The notes under the pieces: generated by a model
What the model was told of the DNA's origin: nothing
Database searches by the model: none
What the model saw: the letters and a program-made list of their open reading frames with translations, nothing else
Position numbers and translations under genes: made by a program
Shown here: positions 26,795-35,854 of the stretch, one piece after another
How positions within the stretch are numbered: position 1 is the stretch's first letter
Layout: each line of letters starts with the position of its first letter
IMG/VR virus record: IMGVR_UViG_3300032214_000203
Coordinates: 1-54,539 of that record
DNA from: a virus
Taxonomy: Duplodnaviria > Caudoviricetes
DNA length: 54,539 nt
Strand: one strand, 5' to 3'

Positions 26795-27553
26795 TCAATC
26801 AAGGCCAAGCAGTGCATCCGTTACCTCCTTCTTTATGCGGCGGCGAAGCAGGCTCTCCGCCTTGGCAAAGTCTTTGTTGAGTGCAGTGATGCGCCTGTTG
26901 CCGTTGTCCCAGCACATTACCCATCCTTCGTGCAGAACCGGAACACCGCCCGTGCCTGTCATGGTGATGCAGTTGTAAGCCCGCACATCATCCGCACGAA
27001 GGCGATCTAGCTTGCGCTCACTGGCGCGAAGGATCAGGTGGGTCTTGTCTCCATCAGATACGGTAGAAATTCCCCTGTTATAAACGCTCCTGATCCATGT
27101 CAGTGGGACATTTATCCTGTAGCTCTTACCAAAGTAGTGAGAGCTTTTCACATCGATGTATTCGTGGACGGACTTCTTGGCATGGATGCTATCCACCTTC
27201 ATCTTTGGAAAGCAACTGGCAACAAGCGACTTCATCCAGAGTTCGGTGCTTGCTTTGGCTTGCTCAAAAATTCCATCTTGTTTTCTGTTGATCAAGACGG
27301 CACGGCAGTTAGCGAGTTCTATATACGCCGCGTGGAGTGCGTTGTAGATGCCAGAATTAAAGGGATCACTCAGTATCCTTGCGAAGTCCGGCACCCCATG
27401 TGGTGGGGGAGTGCCATATTTATATTGATTTGGGTCTCTGCAGAAAGTCTTGCGTTGTTCTGGCGTGAAGTGCAGCATCTTGAACGTCTGGTCGAGATAG
27501 TATCCTGCCATTTTTGATCGCGCGTAGATGGCGCGTGTGTCCATGTTTTTCAT
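26795..27553 (-). CDS. Hypothetical protein
   Basis: 252 aa; GGAG RBS; palindrome upstream at 27570. Confidence 0.7.
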   Translation of the reverse strand: MKNMDTRAIYARSKMAGYYLDQTFKMLHFTPEQRKTFCRDPNQYKYGTPPPHGVPDFARILSDPFNSGIYNALHAAYIELANCRAVLINRKQDGIFEQAKASTELWMKSLVASCFPKMKVDSIHAKKSVHEYIDVKSSHYFGKSYRINVPLTWIRSVYNRGISTVSDGDKTHLILRASERKLDRLRADDVRAYNCITMTGTGGVPVLHEGWVMCWDNGNRRITALNKDFAKAESLLRRRIKKEVTDALLGLD

Positions 27554-27734
27554 TTCCGATCTCCGATTTGTTCGTTTGAACTTTTGTTATTGTTCTGCAC
27601 CCGCCAAAAGCGAGCGCCTGATATATTGATTGAGTGATTGCGAGGGGCACGATGGTGGATGATGAGCCGTAGCGCAGTCTGATCTTCGACCAACACAAAG
27701 CCTGTGTGCGCCCCTCATGGACTAGGCTATCGCC

Positions 27735-28043
27735 TCAACCCATTGCTTGCAACCGTTTCTGTTCTTCTAATTTCTTCAAGGCGCGCTCGACCGAAGCCTT
27801 GCTGGCCGACAGCTTCACCTTCTTGGGCGGCTGGTATGGCTCAATCTTATCGACCCATACACGTTCCGGTGCGGTAAGCGGCTTGCCGAATGTCATGAGC
27901 GGCAGCACAATTCCGAACCGTTCGCATGCAGCCTCGATACTTTTTCTGTGGAAGCCAAAGTGTTTACTTGCCTGCCCTGCATTCCAGCGTTTAGCCAGTG
28001 CGCTCTCCATCATATCGCGCGTTATAATCCTGCGGCCATTCAT
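27735..28043 (-). CDS. HTH-containing protein
   Basis: WNAGQASKHFGFHRKSIEAACERFGI resembles a Fis-type HTH; AGGAG RBS. Confidence 0.55.
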   Translation of the reverse strand: MNGRRIITRDMMESALAKRWNAGQASKHFGFHRKSIEAACERFGIVLPLMTFGKPLTAPERVWVDKIEPYQPPKKVKLSASKASVERALKKLEEQKRLQAMG

Positions 28044-28206
28044 TCTCGGCTCTCCTTTTGATGGTCTCGATTTCAGGCAATCTCTGCCTAGCCATATACT
28101 CTATCAGCTCAAAGTCTGATTGCTGAACCCACCAACCCGGCAGCTTGACGTAGCCTGCTTCACGCAGGGCGCGGGCCGCAGGGCTATCGCTGGATGCTCG
28201 GCTCAT
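27991..28206 (-). CDS. Hypothetical protein
   Basis: TGATG coupling with the upstream gene. Confidence 0.55.
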   Translation of the reverse strand: MSRASSDSPAARALREAGYVKLPGWWVQQSDFELIEYMARQRLPEIETIKRRAENEWPQDYNARYDGERTG

Positions 28207-28379
28207 CAGTCGCTGTCCGTTGTGATTTCGTAAGCCACGAGATGCAGAACACCAACGGCGGCGGCGAGGGGCATTCGTCCGCTATACTCATAGATCAGGG
28301 CTTTGATGCGGTCGCCCAGTTCCCCGGTCACGTCCTCGGCCCGCTTGCCGTCGCCCTTAAAGATGCGGATGTCACTCAT
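28206..28379 (-). CDS. Small hypothetical protein (not in ORF track)
   Basis: MSDIRIFKGDGKRAEDVTGELGDRIKALIYEYSGRMPLAAAVGVLHLVAYEITTDSD*; AAGGAGGT RBS. Confidence 0.65.
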   Translation of the reverse strand: MSDIRIFKGDGKRAEDVTGELGDRIKALIYEYSGRMPLAAAVGVLHLVAYEITTDSD

Positions 28380-28563
28380 GGGGCACCTCCTTCACATTCG
28401 CCCGCAGATACAGCTTCTTGGCCCCTGCCCCGCAGGTCGGGCATTTGGTTTCCCGCACCAGCTTGGACAGCTTCCGCGCATCCATCGGGAACAACGGCCC
28501 TGCGGAGAAGCCTGTGGCGCACTCGCCGCAACGGAAGTGCAGGCGCTTGTCTAGGTCAGTCAT
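28372..28563 (-). CDS. Zinc-ribbon protein
   Basis: CGEC...CPTCG; start MTDLDK after AAAGGAG. Confidence 0.65.
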   Translation of the reverse strand: MTDLDKRLHFRCGECATGFSAGPLFPMDARKLSKLVRETKCPTCGAGAKKLYLRANVKEVPHE

Positions 28564-28795
28564 GGGTGTCTCCTTTGATCTCTGCGAGGGTGGCGCGGCG
28601 GTGATGCCACCAATCGTTGTATTTTGGTGTGCCGTGTCGAAAGGGGCATTCCTCAAGGGCCAGCCCCACCGCCTTCGCCAGTTTGGCAGTCAGGGCTTCG
28701 ATGCGGTCGGCGGATTGGCGGCACCAATCGCAGGCCATCTCTTTGGTCGCATGTAGTGGATAGCCGCACGCGCCACAGCATTTTTCGTCAGTCAT
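28556..28795 (-). CDS. Cys-rich hypothetical protein
   Basis: CGAC..CDWC; GGAGGT RBS; ends RATLAEIKGDTHD. Confidence 0.65.
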   Translation of the reverse strand: MTDEKCCGACGYPLHATKEMACDWCRQSADRIEALTAKLAKAVGLALEECPFRHGTPKYNDWWHHRRATLAEIKGDTHD

Positions 28796-28970
28796 CGTCC
28801 ACCTCCATCATCTGCTTCACCAGTGCTGGCACCTTGCGCCACTTGTACAGGCTTGAGACACCGACGCGGTGCGTCTCAGCCGCATGCTGCACGCCGAAAC
28901 GCTCGGCATCCTGCAAGGCGGCAAGGCGCAGGCAATCCGTCAGCCCGTAGTCTGGATGCAGCCCGGTCAT
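28788..28970 (-). CDS. Small HTH protein
   Basis: GVQHAAETHRVGVSSLYKWRK; start MTGLHP by ATGA overlap. Confidence 0.6.
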   Translation of the reverse strand: MTGLHPDYGLTDCLRLAALQDAERFGVQHAAETHRVGVSSLYKWRKVPALVKQMMEVDDD

Positions 28971-29137
28971 TTGACGCAACTCCCCTGCACCCACTGCTTG
29001 TCGGCGGCGAGGCACTGCTCGTAGCGCACCTGACCGCGCTCCAAGTCAGCGAAAATAATTTGCCCCATGCCGTAGAAAAATAGTCCCGCAACGGCGGTGA
29101 TGGCCAACGGCACGGCGTTGTCCCAGAAGTCACTCAT
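28967..29137 (-). CDS. Small membrane protein (not in ORF track)
   Basis: MSDFWDNAVPLAITAVAGLFFYGMGQIIFADLERGQVRYEQCLAADKQWVQGSCVK*; AAAGGAG RBS. Confidence 0.65.
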   Translation of the reverse strand: MSDFWDNAVPLAITAVAGLFFYGMGQIIFADLERGQVRYEQCLAADKQWVQGSCVK

Positions 29138-29309
29138 GGCTCTCTCCTTTGATCTCTGCGAGGGTGGCGCGGGCCTTCTCTGCCAGAAACTTATTGCCAG
29201 TGTCCTTGGCGTATCGCTCTACGCGTCGAGTAAAATCCACCAAAACGGCTAACTGGTTTATGCGCTTTGCCGCCTCTCCTTCCCAAGAGTTGTCCGGTTT
29301 ATCTTTCAT
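29130..29309 (-). CDS. Hypothetical protein
   Basis: Start MKDKPD by ATGA overlap; ends RATLAEIKGESHE. Confidence 0.6.
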   Translation of the reverse strand: MKDKPDNSWEGEAAKRINQLAVLVDFTRRVERYAKDTGNKFLAEKARATLAEIKGESHE

Positions 29310-29545
29310 CTGCGCCCCCTGTTCCAAGCCAGCCGCGAAATCTTGTTGGCCAAGTCATCCAGTTCCGCTACGCTGATGCCGGGATTGTCGAGCAGGGCGG
29401 TGTAGATCGCCCCAGTCAGGCGGCGAGACGGCAGGATTGCCGACCCCTGAATGATTGCGGCCACCGCCTCTGCCTGCACGTCCCGTGTCGGCATCCGCGC
29501 CGCTTGTTTCTTCCAGAACATCATCTCTCTCCTCATGATGGTCAT
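29306..29545 (-). CDS. Hypothetical protein
   Basis: ORF in the early operon; true start probably MMFWKK after GAGGAG. Confidence 0.6.
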   Translation of the reverse strand: MTIMRREMMFWKKQAARMPTRDVQAEAVAAIIQGSAILPSRRLTGAIYTALLDNPGISVAELDDLANKISRLAWNRGRR

Positions 29546-29547
29546 TG

Positions 29548-30675
29548 TTATGCTGCCTTCAGGTAGGTCGTCTCACCCCAAGGCGCTGCTGTTGCGTGGC
29601 TCCAACTCGACACCCACAATGTCGGATAGCTGGGTTCCTCTTCAGGATAATCCCAAACTTGCAGGTCACTCAAGTAAACCATGTTGTCCACCTCTAGCTC
29701 GTTATCTTCGATGTACTGGAACACGGGCGAGACCATCGTGCCGCCGCGACCGCCGACGTGTATCTCATCGATCACCTCGCCGCGCTCATAGCGCCGCACT
29801 GTCCGCACCTTTGTGTCGCAGGTGATGACCGTGACCGACGCTGGCATGATGTCCTCGCTGATCGCGTTCAACTCGCCAAGAAACTGTGTCAGTTCGCCAT
29901 GCGACACCGACCCGCTGGTGTCTATGCCGATCACCACGTTGCCAGCGCCGATCCTCTGGATTGAAGGCGCGACGATGCCAGCCATGTGATACATCGCACG
30001 CTGCGGTCGGCGCATGCTGTAGTCGTCGGGTTGGTCGCCACCAATGAACCGCCGCATGACATCACGCCAATCAACCTGCGCCTTCTTCATTTGCTGGATC
30101 ATCTGATCGATCTTGAGTGGCAGCTTGCCGACAGCCTTGGCTGCGTTCGCCGCCATCATGACCTTGCTGTCGATGCTGGCTTCCATCTGCTGCTGTTCAG
30201 CGTTCGACAGTTCCTTCCCGCTCTTGCCCTTGGCATCGACCACCTCGCCAAAGCCACTGCCCTTTGCCTTCTCGCCTATGTTCTCAGGCAGTCGGTCGTA
30301 AGCAGCCTCGGCGCTGAGGTCTTTGTATTGCTCATCCATCAGCGCACCCATTGGCAGGATGAACCCACCCTCGAACAGGATGGGGTTGATGACGTAGTCG
30401 CAGGCATAGTTCCAACGCTCAGGATCACGCAGCCCACGCCGCAGCATGTGCTTCATCACGATGTGCATGACCTCATGTGCCAGCACGCCAATGCATTCGT
30501 CTGGCGTCATCCGATCCACGAAGTCGGGCGACCACATGATGGACAGCCCGTCCGTACACATTGTCGGGATGGTCGGATCAGGTGAGACCTTCACCGACAG
30601 GCACAACGATCCAAAGAACGGGTGCCGCACCACCAACTGGGTGATGGCACGGGACATCTTCATTTGTGCGTCCAT
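29548..30675 (-). CDS. Metallopeptidase-like + vWA domain protein (DUF2201-like)
   Basis: TMCTDG, LAHEVMH, WNYACDYVIN, IDTSGSV (MIDAS), GRGGT; start MDAQ after GGAGG. Confidence 0.85.
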   Translation of the reverse strand: MDAQMKMSRAITQLVVRHPFFGSLCLSVKVSPDPTIPTMCTDGLSIMWSPDFVDRMTPDECIGVLAHEVMHIVMKHMLRRGLRDPERWNYACDYVINPILFEGGFILPMGALMDEQYKDLSAEAAYDRLPENIGEKAKGSGFGEVVDAKGKSGKELSNAEQQQMEASIDSKVMMAANAAKAVGKLPLKIDQMIQQMKKAQVDWRDVMRRFIGGDQPDDYSMRRPQRAMYHMAGIVAPSIQRIGAGNVVIGIDTSGSVSHGELTQFLGELNAISEDIMPASVTVITCDTKVRTVRRYERGEVIDEIHVGGRGGTMVSPVFQYIEDNELEVDNMVYLSDLQVWDYPEEEPSYPTLWVSSWSHATAAPWGETTYLKAA

Positions 30676-30753
30676 GTTTTCCTCCAAAAAGTTCAAGTGA
30701 ACTAAAAACCCCGTAGATTTTGCTAGCAAATTTCATTCGGGGTTTAGTTTTGT

Positions 30754-31773
30754 TTACAGGATCAGGTTCTTGCCCACGGTCATGATCCAATCGCGCACAG
30801 GATCGACCTGCTTCAGTGACTTGTCGCGCGACAGTGCATCCTTGACCACGAAGGCAGCGAACTCTTGCTGCGGCAGGCGCATCAGGTACTTGATCACGTT
30901 GCCTGCGTTCTTGGGGTTCATCTTCACCGACAGCGCAGCGCAGATGGCGTACATCACAGCCGGGTCTTGGCTGATCATGGCCCCCATTGGGTTGGCAATC
31001 AGTTCGTCCATGTCCGGCACGATGCTGTACATCTCAATGAACCCTGTGAAGTCAGCCGTTGCACCGCGCCCGACCTGACCCGCCAGTGCCTCGCGTTCGT
31101 TCACCGGGCTGAGGCCCCATGACATGATCGATGCCACCCGTTCCCACGAACGTGGCGATGGGCATGCGTTCGCGTCACGGTCGAACTTGTGCAGCCACTC
31201 GGGGCGGAAGCGAAGGAAGGCACACACCCGCTCGTCGATCTTCTTGTTGTAGAAGTACTGGATGGTGTCTTCGAGGTCGGCCTCGACCTCAAGGAACATC
31301 AGGCGATCCTTGAGGTGGGACGGCATGGTGTTGGTGCCCGCACGATCTGAGGTGCGGTTGCCAGCGGCGACGATCACCCACCCCTCGGGCAGTTGATGCG
31401 GGCCGACCCGGCGTTCGTTGACGATCTGCGCCGCGATGTTCTGGTTCGCGGTCGGTGCCTGAGGCAGTTCGTCGAGGAACATAACGCCTTTGCCCTCGGT
31501 CGGCATCCAATCAGGGCGCATGCGGATCATGCTCTCGCCGTCCTTTGATGGGACAGGCCAGCCGCCCAGTTCGCCAGCGTCGTACTGTGCCAGCGACAGG
31601 ATGCTGCACTGCATGTCCATGCTTGCCGCCACATCCTTGACAACAGTTGTCTTGCCTAGGCCAGCGCCACCGATCAGGTAGGGCACAACGTACTGCGCAT
31701 CGCGTGCGTTCTTCAGGCTAAGGGCGTGGGTGATGGCCTTCTCGACAATGGCCTGTGCTTGGGAAAGTTTCAT
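30754..31773 (-). CDS. MoxR-like AAA+ ATPase
   Basis: Walker A GGAGLGKT, Walker B FLDE, AAGNR, L.DR, PSPRSWE. Confidence 0.88.
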   Translation of the reverse strand: MKLSQAQAIVEKAITHALSLKNARDAQYVVPYLIGGAGLGKTTVVKDVAASMDMQCSILSLAQYDAGELGGWPVPSKDGESMIRMRPDWMPTEGKGVMFLDELPQAPTANQNIAAQIVNERRVGPHQLPEGWVIVAAGNRTSDRAGTNTMPSHLKDRLMFLEVEADLEDTIQYFYNKKIDERVCAFLRFRPEWLHKFDRDANACPSPRSWERVASIMSWGLSPVNEREALAGQVGRGATADFTGFIEMYSIVPDMDELIANPMGAMISQDPAVMYAICAALSVKMNPKNAGNVIKYLMRLPQQEFAAFVVKDALSRDKSLKQVDPVRDWIMTVGKNLIL

Positions 31774-32129
31774 TGGTCGTTCTCCATTTCTCTGATGATC
31801 TTGTTAATTTGTTGGTCGATCCGCTCTTGGTCTTGGCGGATGCTGACGTGGAAGGATTTGTTTTCGAGCATGGCGCGTTGCTCTCGCAGCGCCACAACGC
31901 GCGGGTCTTTGTCGGCCAGTGCCTTTTGCTGCGCGAAGCGGCGGGACGTGCGGACGCTGGCATGCGCGTCTTTCATGGCGCGGGACAGGTCTTGCCTGCT
32001 GACGTGACCGAAATCTCGACGCGACCACTTGTCTTGCGCGATCCACAGCCAAGCGAGGCGCATCGCTGCGCCTTTTGACGAGAAGTCCATGGTCTGGCTT
32101 TGCAGGCGTGTGATCGTTTCAAGCTTCAT
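31770..32129 (-). CDS. Hypothetical protein
   Basis: Start MKLET by TAATG coupling. Confidence 0.6.
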   Translation of the reverse strand: MKLETITRLQSQTMDFSSKGAAMRLAWLWIAQDKWSRRDFGHVSRQDLSRAMKDAHASVRTSRRFAQQKALADKDPRVVALREQRAMLENKSFHVSIRQDQERIDQQINKIIREMENDQ

Positions 32130-32674
32130 TACAGGCTCCAATTGTTCAGGCAGATAGGCCCGATCCCAAGTTCGATAGACACCGGGTCGGTCAGTGGCCG
32201 ACCACAGCATGAGCATTGCCCGGTCAGCTTGCCGTGCTTGACGGCCTCACCTTTCGGGTCACGCGCCACAGCGACAACGTTGTCAGGCACGTCAGAGGCA
32301 CAGGTCTTGGCAGGCACGAACATGCTGCCCACGATCTTGCCTTGATAGTCCGGGCCGCGCTTGACGTAGACAGCGCCAGCGTTCTTGCCGTTGGTGGGTG
32401 CCAGCGAAAAGGACAGGGCCGCAGCGCGGAACACGGGCTTCTTCACCTTGGCGTGCAGGAGCAGGTCTTTGATGCGCGACACATCGACGGCCCGCGTCAT
32501 GTCCTGCTTCTGCGTTGCTGTCTGCTTGACCTTCAGGATCATGCGCTCGGCTGCGTCCCACTGGCGCTCCGACAGTTCGCCCTTGCGCTGGTACTGCAAC
32601 AGCAGGCTGTGGGCGAAATCGTTCCACTCGATCATGGGCTTCAGCGCCTCGACGATCTCTTCGTATTCCATCAC
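32129..32674 (-). CDS. DUF6011-like Zn-finger protein
   Basis: C-terminal CSCCGRPLTDPVSIELGIGPIC. Confidence 0.75.
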   Translation of the reverse strand: MMEYEEIVEALKPMIEWNDFAHSLLLQYQRKGELSERQWDAAERMILKVKQTATQKQDMTRAVDVSRIKDLLLHAKVKKPVFRAAALSFSLAPTNGKNAGAVYVKRGPDYQGKIVGSMFVPAKTCASDVPDNVVAVARDPKGEAVKHGKLTGQCSCCGRPLTDPVSIELGIGPICLNNWSL

Positions 32675-32799
32675 ACGCGCTCCTTATGTGCCTGCAGTTC
32701 GCGCAGGATGTTGACAAGGGCCAAGGCGTGCCCGCCGTTCTGGATGGCGTCACGCGCGATCAACTCGATCTGATCGAGCGTCTTCTGCATCTGTTCCAT
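32671..32799 (-). CDS. Small hypothetical protein (not in ORF track)
   Basis: MEQMQKTLDQIELIARDAIQNGGHALALVNILRELQAHKERV*; GGGAG RBS. Confidence 0.55.
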   Translation of the reverse strand: MEQMQKTLDQIELIARDAIQNGGHALALVNILRELQAHKERV

Positions 32800-32916
32800 T
32801 TCGATCTCCCGTTTAGTTCGTTTGAACTTTTCACCATGTGTCGGGCATCGACAGCATGGCGAACATGACGATCACCATCACGACCTTGAAGGCCAGAAGC
32901 TCTGCGATCTCGCGCA

Positions 32917-33261
32917 TCATGCGAACACCCCCTCTTCTTCGCAGGCCTTGAACAGCGCGCCGATCTCCTCGCCGGAGAACCGCTTGCCCTTGCTGTTCAT
33001 GGGGTAGGTGCGGATCACGCTGCTACCCTGCGTCGTGACGTGCTTGAAGGTCACGGGCTTGCCAGCTTTCTTCATGGCCAGCATGAACACCCCAATGTCG
33101 ATGTCTTCTTCGAGGAAGACAGTCGGCTTGTAGTTCTTGACGACAGCGTAGCTAAACCGCGACACGTCTTCGAGCGTCACACCGACGCCCAGCATGTCCT
33201 GATACGGCACCTCAAGCCAGCCGTGGCCGTCGTCGTGGTGGAACGTGTAGGTCATGGTCAT
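32917..33261 (-). CDS. Hypothetical phage protein
   Basis: FH.D.GHGWL.V...FLEED.D motif; AAGGAG RBS. Confidence 0.7.
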   Translation of the reverse strand: MTMTYTFHHDDGHGWLEVPYQDMLGVGVTLEDVSRFSYAVVKNYKPTVFLEEDIDIGVFMLAMKKAGKPVTFKHVTTQGSSVIRTYPMNSKGKRFSGEEIGALFKACEEEGVFA

Positions 33262-33449
33262 TTCTCCTTTTTCCCCCAGATCAGCACCTTGCCGATCACC
33301 TTCGACCGCAGGTCATCGCGGCCCAACAGTTCCTTGATGAAGTATTCTTCAAGGTCTTCGAAGCTTTCGAACTCGCAGCGGGTGTGTTCTTTCCCGTGCG
33401 CCTTGATCACAGTTTGTTTGATGAACATGTCACATCCTTTCTGTTCCAT
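33258..33449 (-). CDS. Hypothetical protein
   Basis: Coupled ORF; true start probably MFIKQ after AAAGGA. Confidence 0.55.
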   Translation of the reverse strand: MEQKGCDMFIKQTVIKAHGKEHTRCEFESFEDLEEYFIKELLGRDDLRSKVIGKVLIWGKKEK

Positions 33450-33484
33450 TGGATGCTGGCCCTGCAGGGCCAGACACCGATAGA

Positions 33485-34165
33485 TCAGAACTCGCCCAGC
33501 CCCTCGGCCACAAAGGCAGAGACCGCAGCGTCCACGGTTTCATTCTCGGCACCCGCGCCAGCCTGTGCCGCCTTGGCAGCATCGCTGTTGCGGTAGGCAC
33601 GACGCGCCGCCATCAACTCGCGCATCGCGTTCTGGAACTCGTCCAGTTCCTCGTCGCTCAGGCCGTCCTTGAAGACGTTGCCCTGCACGACCTTGCCGTC
33701 TTCGTCCTTGGCGCTCGACCACTTGCCGACCACCTGTTCGGCCAGCATCTGGGCCTTGGACTTCTCAGCCTCGCCCTTCACGGCCTTGGCCAGCTTGTTC
33801 TCGCTGTCGATGCCGCTGCCGTCCAAGAACTCGCGCACCATCTGGGGGGTCGCGTTGGACATCCCGCCCAGATCGAACAGGCGCACAGCACCCACGCTGT
33901 TTTCAATGTAACGCTTGGCGGTTGCCTCCTTCAGGCCCGCCTCTTCAAGCAGGGCGGAGCGCAGTGCCTTGCTGACGGCGCGGGGCAGGTTGCCCTTGAC
34001 CAGCTTGACCGGGGCGATGCTGGCGATCAACTCGCAGTAGGCACCGATCTTGCGGCTGTTGGCGACTTCGTTGTTCGCCTTGTTGTCGGCCTTGAGGCCA
34101 GCGATCTCGGCCTCGGCGGCGTTGATCACATTGATGGTTTCGTCGGCAATAATGAACTTAGACAT
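33485..34165 (-). CDS. Hypothetical Ala-rich helical protein
   Basis: Start MSKFII after GGAGG; the upstream extension in the ORF track overlaps another gene. Confidence 0.7.
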   Translation of the reverse strand: MSKFIIADETINVINAAEAEIAGLKADNKANNEVANSRKIGAYCELIASIAPVKLVKGNLPRAVSKALRSALLEEAGLKEATAKRYIENSVGAVRLFDLGGMSNATPQMVREFLDGSGIDSENKLAKAVKGEAEKSKAQMLAEQVVGKWSSAKDEDGKVVQGNVFKDGLSDEELDEFQNAMRELMAARRAYRNSDAAKAAQAGAGAENETVDAAVSAFVAEGLGEF

Positions 34166-34244
34166 CTGGGTTCCTCCATCTGGCTGTCTATGTTGTCGAG
34201 GTGATCCTCGGGATACCAGCCCCGCAGGGCTGGACACCGGAAGT

Positions 34245-34688
34245 TCACGCTGCCACGGGCAGGGCGTTGGGGCGCTGGCAGGCGATCTGCTTTGCCATGA
34301 CGCTGAAGGCGAGGGCTGCATGTTTCGGCAGCGAAGCCCAGCCAAAGCTGCAGCACACCGACACGCCGTCTTGGCTGACCACCACATCGCCGACCGACAT
34401 CGAACGCAGGCCCTTGCAGTGGTAGATGGGCTGGACACCCGTGTCGAACGGCGCGCCGTTGTCGTAGTCGAACACGGCATCCACGCTGCGGGCCTCAACC
34501 GTCAGGCCGTGGTGGTACAGGCCGACCAGCGCAGCGCACATGACGTGCATGGGCATCTCGGGGTTGTCACCCTTTGCGAAGGTGAGGCGACTGTAGGTGA
34601 TGCTCTCCGGCGAAGCGTTCCATCCCTTGGCGTTGATGGCAGCGGAAACGGCGTCGGACAGGTGCAGTTTGTAGACGTGGTAAAGCAT
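34245..34688 (-). CDS. YodL-like domain protein
   Basis: LRSMSVGDVVV followed by C...GW; AAGGAGG RBS. Confidence 0.6.
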   Translation of the reverse strand: MLYHVYKLHLSDAVSAAINAKGWNASPESITYSRLTFAKGDNPEMPMHVMCAALVGLYHHGLTVEARSVDAVFDYDNGAPFDTGVQPIYHCKGLRSMSVGDVVVSQDGVSVCCSFGWASLPKHAALAFSVMAKQIACQRPNALPVAA

Positions 34689-34689
34689 T

Positions 34690-34845
34690 TCAGGCCTCCT
34701 TATGGCTCAGTGCTTGGATCAAAATCGCGCTGTCTGCGGCGTTCAGCAGCAACTCGGCGAAGGGGTGTGTTTTGTGGTAGGCAGCAATGCGCTTGGCATT
34801 GGCGGCTGACGGGTCAGCGATGTAGAGGGCAAGCAGTGTGGACAT
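34690..34845 (-). CDS. Small hypothetical protein (not in ORF track)
   Basis: MSTLLALYIADPSAANAKRIAAYHKTHPFAELLLNAADSAILIQALSHKEA*; TAATG coupling. Confidence 0.55.
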   Translation of the reverse strand: MSTLLALYIADPSAANAKRIAAYHKTHPFAELLLNAADSAILIQALSHKEA

Positions 34846-35051
34846 TACCACGCCCCCATCATCTCGCTGCGATGCTCATCCAGCACCTTCACCACCCGCT
34901 TGCAGGCAGCGATGGCAGCCTTGGGCGTCTTGGCGCCGCCAATGGCAACGGCGATATCTTCATCACTCCAGCACTCGGCCAGAAAGTCCCAGCCGCCCTT
35001 GCCCCAATGGGCGTCGGCGTGGTCGCGAACAGCGCGGATCAGTTCATCCAT
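34845..35051 (-). CDS. Hypothetical protein
   Basis: GAGGAG RBS; GGWDFLAECWSDEDI. Confidence 0.65.
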   Translation of the reverse strand: MDELIRAVRDHADAHWGKGGWDFLAECWSDEDIAVAIGGAKTPKAAIAACKRVVKVLDEHRSEMMGAW

Positions 35052-35061
35052 GTCAGTCTCC

Positions 35062-35229
35062 TCAGTTCAGGGCGCAGTCGAGCATGATTGCCCGACGCTC
35101 AGCCTCGGCCAGCGACACACCAGCCTTGATTGCATAGGCCTCGATCAGGCCAGCGCAGCGATCAGCAGCGCCGGGATAGTTCGCTCGCAGGGTGCGGGCT
35201 GCATTCTCAAGGATCATCTTCGCAGTCAT
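35062..35229 (-). CDS. First early gene, hypothetical
   Basis: Start MTAKM after GGAGG. Confidence 0.6.
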   Translation of the reverse strand: MTAKMILENAARTLRANYPGAADRCAGLIEAYAIKAGVSLAEAERRAIMLDCALN

Positions 35230-35600
35230 GGGATTTCCTCCAGTTGATTGAGCCACCAAAACGGCCCACCAAAGGGCCGTTCGAATTGTTCAATCATAAG
35301 CACCTCTGCCGTTCTCTGGGGATCAGGCCAGCGCAACGCTGAGCCATCCGACCCTTCCGATACCAGACCGTGTTTTAAGCGATCACCTGAGCATCAGTGC
35401 TGCACCCCGTTTGGTGGGAAGACCCCGCTTTGTGGGCCGACCAGACTGCCGGGCGAAAGCCCCTGTCCAATCCGCGCTAGGCGAGAACCTGATCCTGCTG
35501 GCCGTGCGAGGCCTTTATGTCAATTCCGCTGGATCGTGGCGGCGGTGCCGGGGTCAGGGTGGGGGGGCCAAGCGCCGCGCCGTCCCTTCCGACACCAATA

Positions 35601-35629
35601 GACTTATTCCCCTTTCACTCCCTTGTCAA
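35601..35629 (-). promoter_or_regulatory. Putative major early promoter
   Basis: TTGACA-N17-TAAGTC on the minus strand at the head of the leftward operon. Confidence 0.55.
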
Positions 35630-35854
35630 CACCTATGTTCCCTTGTTTACCCTTACATGCAGCATGGCAGAAAGCCCAATCATCACAGGGGTTTGGGATG
35701 GCAAAAAAGCCGGGAACGTGTAGGATGTTGAAAGTTCGTTGGAACTTTTTCTGGCATCACGCTGGGGCCAGATCAGCCAAAACGAATCACCCCAAACATT
35801 CAGGGGGGTGAATGTATCAAACCCCGAAAGCCCAGCGCAGCGCAGGACAGATCG

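Larger units (their letters stand above)
28569..29172. repeat. 30-bp direct repeat at 28569-28598 and 29143-29172
   Basis: TCTCCTTTGATCTCTGCGAGGGTGGCGCGG occurs twice. Confidence 0.85.

Noticed and set aside
28788-28970. Transposase fragment
   Set aside because: Only an HTH; no catalytic domain or terminal inverted repeats.
34050-35087. 345-aa plus-strand ORF and similar plus-strand ORFs across the early region
   Set aside because: They overlap well-supported minus-strand genes that have RBSs and translational coupling.
35360-35470. Hammerhead ribozyme in the early leader
   Set aside because: CTGATGC rather than CTGANGA, and no correctly placed GAAA core on the same strand.
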